Shown: positions 12,901-24,110, counted from the first letter of the stretch. The stretch is DNA of 64,000 nt from Sphyrna mokarran (GCA_024679065.1 JAGIQG010000023.1:10354001-10418000); one strand, 5' to 3'. Made by a program: numbers and translations. Notes: generated by a model not told the origin, from the sequence alone.

Positions 12901-15900
12901 GGACTTGGGCATCGCTGGCTGACCAGCACTTTTTGTCCATCCCTACTTGCCCTTGAGAAGGTGTTGGTGAGCTGCCTTCTTGAATCGCTGCAGTCCACGT
13001 GCTGTGGGTTGATCCACAATGCTATTAGGGAGGTAATTTCAGAATTTTGATCCAGCAACTGTGAAGGAACGGTGATATATTTCCAAGTCAGGGTGGTGAG
13101 TGGCTTGCAAGTGGTGGTGTTCCCAGGTATCTGCTGCCCTTGTCCTTCTAGATGGAAGCAGTCATGGGTTTGGAAGGTGCTGCTTAAGGATTTTTGATTC
13201 ATTGCGGAACTTGTAGATGGTAAGCAATGCTGCTACTGAGTGTCGGTGGTGGAGGGGATGGATGTTTGTGGATTTGGTGCCAATCAAGCAGGCTGGTTTG
13301 TCCTGGATGGTGCCAATTGTGTTGGTATCCATCCCATGGAGGAGTAGAAGTCAGATTCCAACATGGTTAACCACGCCTGAGGTTCTGAGGGGCAGAGAGC
13401 AGGAGAGTATTTTATTTTTAGATGTTCAGTCAGTGTCTAAATGTTTGCTTCTTCTCCACAGAACCCGTGTCTGTTCCTGAACTTAAATTTCTAACACCAC
13501 CAAATGCCTCATGTTCTGGGGGCTCAGTGTCCGTCTCCTGTGAGTCTCTCCAGGGATCACTTCCCATTCAGTACACGTGGTATGAAAAGGCCCCGTCTGG
13601 AGATTCAAAGATCTCTAACACCAATAAACTGGATCTACATTGTGAACGCTTCAAACAGCAACGTCATCAATATTACTGCACAGCCTCAAATAACCAGGGA
13701 GACAAATCCAGTAAAATGGTTACAGTGTCAGCGATCAACAGAACAGGGGAGAACTACAGTTATGAGATTCAAATCACAAGCAATGGTAAGTGTGACTGTA
13801 AACAAACCATTTGGTGATTGAATTTTTGAAGAAATGTTTAACTCATCAGAGTTTCTGGGCATAACGGGATTTGCGCTCACAGTGGACAGGCCCAAATAGT
13901 CACCCATCCCCCATCTCTACACCCCCCACCCCAATCACCCCCCTGCCCCACCCCATGCCCTCTCCACAATGTTTAACTCTTGTGTCTGGATTTTGAATGA
14001 TGTCAAAGACAAAAGAACAAAGGGAGAAATCAGGAGCACGTAACGAACGCAAATCAATATGGGACGTGTAATGCCCAACTCAAACAAGATGACAAACAAG
14101 TTCAATAATATTTTATGAAAAAGGAGTGAAGAGAGCAAATTAATGAGGGTCTGAGGAAAGGACAATGAAATGACTGGGGAGATCTTCCAGTGAACCAGCA
14201 TTAAAATGATGGCAGAATCTCCTCCCTCTGGGCTATAAAATTCCATCATTCCAGAAAGTTACCTTGTCCTAAAATTTAAATGTTTCAAATTCCATCACAT
14301 ACACACCCCTAAAGAAGATATCCCTGCTTACAAAGAACCAAGAAGAGTACAGCACAGGAACAGACCCTTCCGTCTTCCAAGCCTCTGCCAATCATGATGC
14401 CCCAAAGAAATTTTTAAAAAACCTTCTGCTCTTACTCAATCGATATCCCTCTATTCCCTTCCTATTCATGTACCCATCCAGATGTCTCTTAAATGTTGCT
14501 AATGTGCCTGCTTCCCCCATCTCCTCTGGCAGCGCATTCCAGGCACTCATCACTCTCTGAGCAAAAGACTTCTCCCCAAACATTTCCCTTAAACATTCTC
14601 CACCTCACCGTGAATCTGCAGTTTTGTTTTTCCACAGAGTGAGAGAAACACATTTCCCGGTGGTTGTTCTGGTTTAAAAAAAAAGAGCAAAATTGCCAGA
14701 AATTCCATTTGCCGCTGAAGATTGTAAGACCTGCAAAAGCAGTGCTATATCTTTCTTACATTTTGGAACAAATGATTTACTAAAATGCTCTGAGACAATC
14801 AGTGCCTAGTGGAGGGTGGTTGGGGAAGGATAGAGAGGAGAGGGTCTCCCACTGATAACATGGACCATTATAATTAAACGGACAGAAAATTACTGGCTGG
14901 TTTGTGATGTTCACGGTCAGTGAGTGAAGATTCCCCTCGTGACTAAGCTCATAGAACTGACCCCAGGCGATGACCGTTCTTAATGGTTCTCAACTGTCAA
15001 GTGACAGTTTAATGTATTCATGAGAAATTGATGACAAAAAGGGGAATATCTGGATTGAAATTCACCAATCCGAGCTCATTAACTGGCTTATGATTAACTG
15101 TCCACCACCAACTCTCAGATTTGGGGAATAAAATGAAATTTGCAGTAAAACTGGGCCAGATATGAGCCGCTTCTCTATTGTGACCAGAGAGGGAAAAATT
15201 ACACAGAAATCAGATCTTTCCTCAAGTACTGAAGTCCCATTTCACAACGACGCTCTCTCAGTTGATGGAGAGTGAAAATGAGGTGAATCTGAATGTTATT
15301 CCTATGTTTCAACAGAATCTAAATATTTATGTGAAGTTTCTACAACAGAATCACCAACTACAACACATTCCACAAGTACAAACATTATTACCACCACCAG
15401 CAGCAGCCAAACTCCAGAATCGAAAAATGAAGAAGAAGAAAGGTACAATGTTCTCATTGGGGATGTAATGATTGGCATGGACTTCTAGGCAATTGACAAA
15501 ATGTTCTTTAAACATTTGGAGATGATGTTGTTAATTGTTGTACTATGTGGCTGATCAGAATGGAAATGGTGGCTGGACCCACATTGTGGTGTTGTGTCAG
15601 CGTTCTAACCAAGGTCCAATTCTTTGTCATTAGAAATTACGAATAAGGGACAGAATTGTCTTACCCAATGGTTCCCTCTGCACAACTCAATGGCAAGGCA
15701 GACCTTATCTTCCATCCAATAGGACGGCTTGGTGGCACAGTGGTTAACACTGTTCCCTCACAGCATCAGGGTCCCAGGTTCGATTCCTAGCTTTGGTCTC
15801 TGTCTGTGCAGATTCTGCACACTCTCCCCATGTCTGCCTGTGTTTCCTCCGGGTGCTCCAGTTTCCGCCCACAGCCCAAAAGCCATGCTGGTTAGGTATA

Positions 15901-18900
15901 TTGGCCATGCTAAATCGTCCCTCAGTGTACTCAAACAGATGCCAGAGTGTAGTAACTAGGAGATTTCCACAGTAACTTCATTGCAGTGTTAATGTAAGCC
16001 TCCTTATGACAAGTAAATAAACCTTTTTTTTCACTGTGCAATTAAGTTTGCACCTAGGGTTTTGCACCGTCTTCCCTGGCAGGGTGGGCTTGAGGGCATG
16101 TGTCCCACTATCATATCTGGATGACATATTGTAACAGCATCAGGTATCACTGAGTTATCATTGAAGAAAGAGGATGGATGTCTTGAAAAAAGAAAATGGA
16201 CTTCCAGAAACACTCTGAGGCTGGATGATGGACAGTCTCACTGAAGCTAGCAGATCCACTTGATCGATGCTTCGCCCACCCATTGAGATGGAGTTTCAGG
16301 AGCCAGGGTCGCGAGCAGACTCCATCACAATCTCTGAAGGCAGCCTCAGGCTTTGTTCGGATCTTGAATGATCATGCCACACTGGACCAGACATGTTCTG
16401 GATTGTTGTGTTTTCCCACTGTCGTAACAGAGAATTGGACATAGTAGGGAGTTTCTAGTTGGCCTTTCATTTGCATCCCAGTAGCAGGACGTGGTTTAGT
16501 TAAAAGCCAGCCTCCAGTGGAATTCCTGATCTGTTTTGATGGGTGGGTATAATTGAAAGATCTTGGGTGGGATTCTTAAGCCACACTCATCCCAAAACTG
16601 GGGAATCCTATCCGAATTTAGTGGACTTTTGCATGGTTCTTCCCCCGCAGTGTCTTGGTGACCCAAGCCAGGAATTGAACCCAGGTGCCTGGAGCTGTGA
16701 AGCACCAGCGCTAAACACTGTTACCGCGCCACCAGAGAAGAGAAGAGAAGGTTAGTTCTCCCTAAGTAATATTCAGCCCTAAAAGAGTCACCCTGAATCA
16801 AAACATTAACTCTGCTCTTCTCTCCACAGACTTGCTGAGAATTTCCAACATTTTCTGTTTTTAAACAATGTATTCATTTATCTAAATGTTGTTAGAAAAT
16901 GTTATCTAACTGTTGTTAGATAATAACTTGTTAGATAGCAGGATGTGTGTAAATTAATTGCCAGGTTTGTCACGTTACAATAGTTCCCCATGCACCAAAA
17001 CTTGATTTCATTGTCTGCAAAGTGCTTAGGAATGTCCTGAGTGCATGAAAACGACTTTATGAATGTCATCCTTGAAATATTTCTTTAACCGAAAGGCCAT
17101 GAATCAATTGTGAACCTGCACTGATCTTTTCCTATTTTCTGTATCTCAGACTGATTAACATTGCGCTCGCAGTGCTGGGGGCCATTCTTATGTTCGTTGT
17201 TTCTCTCCTGTTGTACCTGAGGCAAAATGACAAAGGTGAGATTCTATCTCCTTTTAATCATTTCAGTATGTCAGTAACTTGTCACAGAAAATAAAGAATA
17301 TATAAGTTGTTATATGAATCAATAAACAGCTATATTGTAGTATTCTCATTCTAGTCAACACAAATTGAACATGCAAGAATAATTAAGTTGCATACCTTTT
17401 GATTTGATTTAATATTGTCACATCTATTGGGACACAGTGAAAAGTATAGTTTGTTGCACGCTATATAGACAAAGCAAACCAAAAGTACATGCACTCGTTT
17501 CCTTCTCTTTGGTATATTTTGTCCATATAGCATGCAAGAAGCAATACTTTTTACTACATGCTAATCCATATGACAATAATAAATCAAAGTAAATAAAATC
17601 ACAAAGTACATTGGGGAGAAAGGAAGGAGAGAATGCAGAAGATAATGTTATAGTCGTAACTACAGTGCAGAGAAAGATCAACGTAATATATAAGTCCATT
17701 CAAAAGCTGAGAAGAAGCCTTTGTTGAGTTGGATGGTACATGATATCAATTGGATTGGCACATGAATATTAAGAACTTAAGAACTAGGAGCAGGAGTAGG
17801 TCATCTGGCCCCTCGAGCCTGCTTCGCCATTCAATAAGATTATGGCTTCGTGGATTCAGCTTCAATTTCCTGCCCACTCGCCATAACCCTTAATTCCTTG
17901 ACTGTTCAATATCCTTGCCTTGAAAACATTCAATGAGATGGACTCAACTGCTTTACTGGGCAGGGAATTCCACAGATTCACAAACCTTTGTGTGAAGAAA
18001 TTCCTCCTCAACTCAGTGCTGAATCTGCTCCATCTTATTTTGAGACCATGCCCCCTAGTTCTAGTTTCACCCGCCAGTGGAAACAAGTTTCTGCTTCGAT
18101 CTTATTTATTCCCTTCATAACCTTATATGTTTCTATAAGATCTCCCTTCTGAATTCTAATGAATATATATTGTTATATATCTGGATTAATTCTTACTGAA
18201 GAGCTGTTAAATTAATGCAATGACATTTTCACCAGTGGTGATTTCTCAATTCCCTACCATGGGGAACAGGTTGAGAAGGAACAGCCATGTAAGAGAACAC
18301 ACCCCTGTAAATAAAGCTGCGTTGGTTCAAACCCTCCGTGCTCCCAGGTGTCATTCTTCAATATACAACAAATATTGCTGAATAAAAAGACATTCTTTCA
18401 AAGCAATCTGCCCTCATTTCACGTGCAGTTTAAATTGTTGTTTCTTTTACGATTGTTATTCTTGTGAATTGTCCTGATGAGAGTACGGTGCAAAGTGATT
18501 GGGCTAAAGTGAGATAAAGGGAGTGAGGTTTGGATCTGTTTCTCAGTGAGCCTATCAGGCGGCAGGGTGCAACAGTAAGATCACCATATTCCCCTACGCC
18601 TCTCCAAAGGCTTTGGTCTTTCAATGGCAAGGCTGATTTTTGACAATTGGCCATCCTAATTAATAGATAATCAATACTCAATATATTGATACTAAGATGG
18701 TCAATATCTTTTTCCCAAAGGTAGGGGAGTCTTAAACTAGAGGGCATAGGTTTAAGGCGAGAGAGAGAGGTACAAAATTATCCAGAGGGGCAATTTTTCA
18801 CACAGAGGGTGGTGAGCATCTTAACAAGCTGCCAGCGGTAGTAGAGGCGGGTATAATTTTGTTTTTTTTAAAAAGCATTTAGATAGTTATATGGGTATGA

Positions 18901-21900
18901 TGAGTATAGAGAGACAATATATGGGACAAATGCAGGCAATTGGGATTAGCTTAAGGGTTTTTTAAAAAAAGGGTGGTGTGGGCAATTTGGGCTGAAGGGT
19001 GTGTTTCCATACGGTAAACCTCTATGATAATTGAAAGCTGTCAGGGTTTAATATGCTAAACGTCTCCCAATCACATCAGTTACAATAAGGTGCAGTCAAA
19101 TCCAGGATAGGTATTTCCTCTAAAAAGGCATTAGTTTGTGAGCCAGGTGCACAATATTGGAACATTTGTTGTTTAGTCAAGCTGTTTCTAGGTTCGCTCC
19201 AGAGATGAGTGTTGTTACAGAGCTCGGTTTAAACAGGCCCTGCTGAGTTGTTTGCTTTGCTGTTTGCTGAACAAATAGATGACTTTGCTGTCCAATAAAT
19301 TGGGCAAGCCCATCTCCAACTCGCACCATGGTGCCAGCAGACACTCTAGACTGAGGGTCCAATTGCAACTCTGTCTTAATGGGATTCGAGTGAGTGAGAA
19401 TTGGGCCTCATTCCTCCATGTGATAGCTTATTTATCTTTCCAACGATACCACAACATAACAGAACTCATTCGCTCATGACTGAGTGGATCAATCTGTCTG
19501 TCATTAAATCTTAAACACACAGGAGTTAATTTTCAATTCACACCCTGGTTGTTAATCTGACAACACTGCAATGAAGTTACTGTGAAAGTCTCCTAGTTGC
19601 CACACTCCAGCGCCTGTTTGGGAACATTGAGGGAGAATTTAGCATGGTCAACGCACCTATTCAGCATGTCTTTCAGACTATGGGAGGAAAGGAGAGTACA
19701 TGGTGGAAACCTACACAGAGACAGGGAGAACATACAAACTCCACGTAGATAGTGACCTGAGCTGGGAATCGAAAATGGGCCCCTGGCACTGAGAGGCAGC
19801 ACTGCTAACCGTGAGTGGTGGAGTAGGCTTTGTGCTGATCTATATGGCAAACAACTCTCGCCCCAAGAATAGAATCTCTCCTGTGCAGAAGGAGGCCATT
19901 TAGCCAATCAAGTCTGCACCAATCCTCTAGCAGAATATTTTACCCAGGCCCTAACATTACATATTTATCCTGCTAATCCCCTGAACTACTTTGGATACTA
20001 ATGGCAATTTAGCATGACCAATCCATCTAACTCGCGCATATTTGAAATGTGGGAGGAAACTGGAGTACACGGAAGAAACCCATGGCCTAGTTTAGTGGAT
20101 AGCGAAATCATCTATTTGTTCAGCAAACAGCTCAGACACGGGGAGAACAAGTAGACTCCACACAGACAGTGAATAAGCCAGGAAGCAAACCCGGCGCTGT
20201 GAAGCAGCAGAGTTAACCACTATGCCAGCGCGCCAACCAAATCAATGTAAAGAAATTTGGGTGTTTTCTCCACAGACAATCTGTTTTGTCAGACAGTGAG
20301 GGTGAAATCTACCTCTGATTGTCATGAATATCATGCATAATTATCAGTCCAATTCTTGACTTCATGTTGGGAACCATGGGTGCGATGTAGGTGATTTACA
20401 TCAATATAGATTTTAAATTTTTAGGGTGAATTTTACTGTCCTGCTCGCCGCGGGAATCGGAACGGGCAAGGGGTGGACCATGGAGAGGCCCATTGACTTC
20501 AGATGGGGCTTTCTGTTTCAGGGAGAGAAAGATGAGAAAATCCCACTCTTAAAATTTATATATTTGTGTCACAAGTAGGCTTATTATTAACATTGTAATG
20601 AAGTTACTGTAAAAATCCCCTTGTCACCTATTTGGGTACACTGAGGGAGAATTTAGCACGGCCAATGCATCTAACCCGTACCTCTTTCAAGCTGAGAGAG
20701 GAAACCGGGTCACCTGCAGGAAACCTACACAGACATGGGGAGAATGTGCAGACTCCACACAGACTAACCCAAGCCAGGAATCGAACGCAGATCCCTGGCG
20801 CTGAGAGACAGCAATGCTAACCACTGTGCCACCGGAAGATTATGCACATTTGCAAGTCACTCAGTTTTTAGGTTTTAAACATTAACCATTCCTGCTTCAG
20901 CTCTTTTAACAATTATGTTGTCACTTTTTCAGGCTCAATTGGCATTCTATGTCATCGAAGAGACAAGACTCTGCATGATAATCTGGTAAGGATAATAAAT
21001 ATGAACATGAATAATTGGAAATTTCCAACTCTGGATGATACAGAATTTGCTGAGAATTTGCAGCAGGAATACGCCATTCAGCCCACCTGCTCAATGTTGG
21101 TCTTCTGCTCCATTTGAGTCTCCTCCCACCCCTTTCCATCTCACATTATCTGTATATTCTTCTGTCTCTTTCTCCCTTTTGTGATTATCTGGCCTTCTCT
21201 GAAATGCAGTAATTCTAAATGACTCAATTTACATGGAAGAGATAAGAAATTCGGGAGAAGCATCTTTACAGAGAGTGTCACTATCTGAAATTCATTACCT
21301 TTAAAAGGTTAGTTGAAGTATGTAGCATAAATACATTTCGGGGGAAGCTGAATAAATAGTTGAGGGGGGATAGAAATAGGAAAGGATTAGACAAAGAGGG
21401 GATGACAAAAAGCTGGGTGGGTGGGTGAGATGTGAGGAGGATGCAGAGATGCACCATTGTGCCTTGGACAGATTGAGTGAGTGAGCAAATTCATGCAGAC
21501 ACAGTATAATGTGGATACATGTGAGGTTATCCACTTTGGTAGCGAATACAGAAAGGCAGATTATTATCTCAATGGTTATAGATTGGGAGAGGAGAATGTG
21601 CAACAAGACCTGGGTAAGCAAAGTAGGTGAGAATGGCAAATGGTATGTTGACCTTCAGAGCAAGATGTGGAGATGCCGGGGTTGGACTGGGGTGGGCATA
21701 ATAAGAAGTCTCTCAATACCAGAGCAAATCATCAACTTTCGCAGTGCTGCTCTTTCCTCATGTGAGTGCACCTGATGAAGGAGCAGTGTTCTGAAAATCT
21801 GTGATTCCACATAAACCTGTTGGAATATAACCTGGTGTTGTGAGACTTCTTACTGTTCATCGCGGGAAGGTTTGAATACAAGTGTAAGAATGTCTTGCTG

Positions 21901-24110
21901 CCTTGGAGAGACCACACTTGGAATATTGTGTGCTGTTTAAGTCATCTTATCTGAGGAAGAATGTTCTTGCTATGGAGGGAGTGTAGTGAAGGTTAACCAG
22001 AAGGTTCCAGGGATGATGGGACTGACTGAAGAGAGATTGAATTGGTTAGGATTCTGGACTTCAGAGGAATGAGGAGGGAAATAACAAAGAACAAAACAGC
22101 ACGGGAAACAGGCCCTTCGGCCCAACGAGCCCACGCCGCCACCCCAATGTTCCCACCTCTACCCGCGATCCCTGTCCATGTTATAGATCTATGGATTAAA
22201 AACCAAATTTGAGACAATTTAGGGAGAATTTGTTTTGCCAATTAGCCTAAGAGCACATCCTTGGAATGTGGGAGGAAACCGGAGAACACCCACGCAAGCA
22301 CGGGGAGAATGCGCAACTCCCACAGACACAGGCCCAAATCCACGTATCTGCACAGCACAGCGATAGTCACTGAGCTGTGGTGTTGCCCATCAAATGTTCC
22401 AGGTCAAGCGTACACTAACGACATGAAGCACTAGGATACTCTCGAAATAAATCCAAGAGCAGCCCTCTCACGACCCATCGCGTGTATGCCCCTCGTTAGA
22501 CAACAAGGTGGACCAAAGCACCTGTAGGATAAAAACAAGTACATCAATATCATCATCTATTTACACACTTCCCATGGACTCCCAAGGCTCACGATCCCTA
22601 TTTTAAATCAGTTTTCTATACCTCTCCATTCCCATTCTGTTCATGTGCCATCTAAGTATTTCTTAAATAACTCCAGAGTACCTGCCTCCACCACTTTGCT
22701 TGGCAGCGCATTCCATACCCCCACCACCCTCTGTGTGAAAAAACTCCCTCTAGCATCCAAATTATACCTTACCCCCCTCACCCTAAGCCCGTGACCCCTC
22801 GTGCTATTTGAGTCCATCCTAGGGAAAAGCTTAACCCTGTTTACTCTATCTATACCCCTCATAATCTTGTACACCTCTATTAGATCTCCTCTAAGTCTAC
22901 ATCTTTCTAAGGAAAATAGTCCCAGTTTGCCTAACCTCTGCTCATAACTCAGACCTTCCATACCAAGCAGCATCTTGGTAAACCTCCTCTGCAGTCTCTC
23001 CAGACTCTCCACATCCTTCCAGTAGTAGGGCGACCAGATCTGGAAGCAGTATTCCAAATGAGGTCTAACCGACATTTTATACAACTGCAACATTAAAGGC
23101 CAGCTCTTGTACTCTATACCCCTTCCTATAAAGGCTAACATACTATATGCTTTCTTCACAACCTTCTGCACTTGCTCTGCCACCTTCAGAGACTTGTTCA
23201 CCCAGGTCTCTCTGCGTTTCTATACTCTTAATAGGTCTACCCTTTATCATCTCATAAAAGTCTATTAAAATTCAAACAGGACTACACAAGGTAGATGCAT
23301 GAAGGAATTTTCCAGTGGTGGGGGTGTCCACAACTAGGAGTCAGTTTCAGGAAATGGGATAAACCACTAAGGGCTGAGATGAGGAGAAATATTATCATCC
23401 AGAGAGTGGTCAGCCTGTGGAATTCTTTGCATTTGAGAACAGCACATTATATGCTTTCAAGAAGAAGTGAGATATAGCTCTTCGGGCTATTGGGATCAAA
23501 GGATATGAGAGGAAAGCAGGAACAAATTACTGAGTTGGAGAATCAATCAGGATCATAATGAATGACAGTGCAGACTCAAAGGGCTGAATGGCCTTCGCCT
23601 TCTCCTATACTTGATGTTTCTATGCTTGGAGTCAGAAGTGAATATAAATAATTGGGCTGAATTTGTTGTAAATAATTTGTAATAACTTGCAATACTTTAT
23701 AACCTGATTTAGAATAATTGATAAATAGCTTCCTTCTAATAACAGCACAATCCATCACTCAAGTCAATCAGAAATAAATGTGATCTTTGTTATTTCAGCA
23801 GTTGGCAGCATTGGAAGAGAACATTGTGTATTCACACATTAACCACGATGGTAGGAAAGCAGCAGGAAAGCACAGAGAGAGAAGCGCCCCATTGGATAAT
23901 GATGGAATCACATATGCAGCAGTGCAGTTTCAGAAGAACGCGTCTACACAGAGCGTTGAAGTGTCACGTCACTCAGTTAACAATCCAGACAGCATCGTCT
24001 ACAGTACTGTCAGCATTCCGAACCAGCCACAACGGAAAAATCCAAAAACTTCAAGACTGCTCACTCCGCAGGAATCCGAAACGACAATTTATGCTAACTT
24101 CACTCATTAG
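3868..24110 (+). CDS. Gene A: CD300/CMRF35/pIgR-like (MDIR-like) inhibitory Ig-superfamily receptor, 417 aa; join(3868..3904,8628..8942,13462..13785,15316..15442,17150..17235,20933..20985,23799..24110)
   Basis: Seven exons with GT-AG boundaries and phases 1,1,1,2,1,0 join into a 1254-nt open frame: signal peptide, IgV, IgC2, stalk, TM, tail with ITIMs. Every exon has a counterpart in gene B. Confidence 0.9.
4753..5052 (+). mobile_element. V-SINE, alternative-tail subfamily
   Basis: Same head and core, tail aacttcattgcagtg..gtgactaataaataaactt. Confidence 0.85.
5425..5710 (-). mobile_element. Second SINE family (other copies at about 9150-9305, 53635-53975, 57745-58095, 60700-61050)
   Basis: Recurrent taaggacatta..ttccagattttt..taataccac block. 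Confidence 0.7.
5712..7525 (+). mobile_element. Degenerate CR1 LINE ORF2 3' part and tail
   Basis: aactatagacca, cagcatggattt, RPHLEYCVQFW and ..RLRGGLIETYK motifs; many stops. Confidence 0.9.
8044..8325 (-). mobile_element. V-SINE, alternative-tail subfamily
   Basis: Similar to the reverse complement of 4753-5052. Confidence 0.85.
8628..8942 (+). CDS. Gene A exon 2, CD300/pIgR-type IgV domain
   Basis: ITINCHY..VKYWCRGYSRQC..RISITD..FVVTMKDLRSGDGGWYNCGI. The KYWC-x6-C second disulfide is typical of CD300/pIgR/TREM. Acceptor cctcag, donor G|gtacat. Confidence 0.95.
9664..10002 (-). mobile_element. V-SINE containing a short Penelope pLTR fragment (about 9811-9862)
   Basis: SINE head and tail; internal taatcggttggatttaaaactggtgttg matches the pLTR near 43600. 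Confidence 0.7.
10716..10995 (-). mobile_element. V-SINE, CR1-type tail
   Basis: catagaatccctac tail and SINE head. Confidence 0.8.
11248..11465. mobile_element. Palindromic Penelope-pLTR-like element (family C)
   Basis: Inverted arms gaaaatgctggaaaatctcagcaggtctg / cagatctgcagagattttctaacacttttc; absent at the paralogous site near 45140. Confidence 0.65.
12890..13325 (-). mobile_element. LINE 3' end (L2/CR1 group)
   Basis: cattcatt tail repeats and ccatccctacttgcccttgagaaggtg 3' terminus, shared with the second SINE family. Confidence 0.65.
13462..13785 (+). CDS. Gene A exon 3, C2-type Ig domain (FCRL/PECAM-like)
   Basis: EPVSVP..SVSVSCESLQGSLPIQYTWY..YYCTASN; acceptor ccacag, donor G|gtaagt. 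Confidence 0.93.
14330..14615 (-). mobile_element. CR1 LINE 3' end
   Basis: FAQRVMSAWNALPEE..FKRHLDGYM plus tail. Confidence 0.85.
15316..15442 (+). CDS. Gene A exon 4, Cys-containing Ser/Thr-rich stalk
   Basis: ESKYLCEVSTTESPTTTHSTSTNIITTTSSSQTPESKNEEEE; acceptor caacag, donor AG|gtacaa; homologous to 49096-49207. Confidence 0.88.
15722..16025 (+). mobile_element. V-SINE, alternative-tail subfamily
   Basis: Head, core and aacttcattgcagtgttaatgtaagcc tail. Confidence 0.85.
17150..17235 (+). CDS. Gene A exon 5, transmembrane segment
   Basis: LINIALAVLGAILMFVVSLLLYLRQNDK; acceptor tctcag, donor G|gtgaga. Confidence 0.92.
17770..18165 (-). mobile_element. CR1 LINE 3' end
   Basis: TRGHGLKI..FFTQRFVNLWNSLP. 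Confidence 0.85.
18700..19027 (+). mobile_element. CR1 LINE 3' end
   Basis: actagagggcataggtttaagg..cacagagggtggtgag. Confidence 0.75.
19562..20237 (-). mobile_element. Two adjacent V-SINEs
   Basis: Two heads and cores, one copy of each tail type. Confidence 0.8.
20424..20548. mobile_element. Short MITE, PIF/Harbinger-like
   Basis: Imperfect TIRs gggtgaatttt / aaaatcccactc flanked by TTA..TTA; relatives at 49641 and 54858. Confidence 0.65.
20555..20833 (-). mobile_element. V-SINE, alternative-tail subfamily
   Basis: Head, core and tail similarity. Confidence 0.8.
20933..20985 (+). CDS. Gene A exon 6, short cytoplasmic exon
   Basis: GSIGILCHRRDKTLHDNL; acceptor tttcag, donor gtaagg. Its 53 nt bridge phase 1 to phase 0; same length in gene B. 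Confidence 0.85.
21664..21856. mobile_element. Palindromic Penelope pLTR element (family A) with degenerate hammerhead
   Basis: Inverted arms centred near 21768; CTGATGAAGGAGCAGTGTTCTGAAA. Confidence 0.75.
22081..23247 (-). mobile_element. CR1 RT C-terminus + long 3' UTR + V-SINE-like segment
   Basis: Uninterrupted 186-aa ORF 22641-23201 (VRPHLEYC..FFTQRVVGVWNALP), then a SINE core and CR1 tail at 22081-22390. Confidence 0.85.
23799..24110 (+). CDS. Gene A exon 7, cytoplasmic tail with ITIMs
   Basis: IVYSHI, ITYAAV, IVYSTV, TIYANF, then TAG; acceptor tttcag(cag). Confidence 0.93.
   Translation, partial: QLAALEENIVYSHINHDGRKAAGKHRERSAPLDNDGITYAAVQFQKNASTQSVEVSRHSVNNPDSIVYSTVSIPNQPQRKNPKTSRLLTPQESETTIYANFTH

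Larger units (their letters stand above)
21400..23625 (+). mobile_element. CR1 fragment interrupted by two younger insertions (21664-21856 and about 22081-23247)
   Basis: The CR1 RT sequence resumes across both insertions (gaatgaggaggga..tctcata). Confidence 0.8.
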
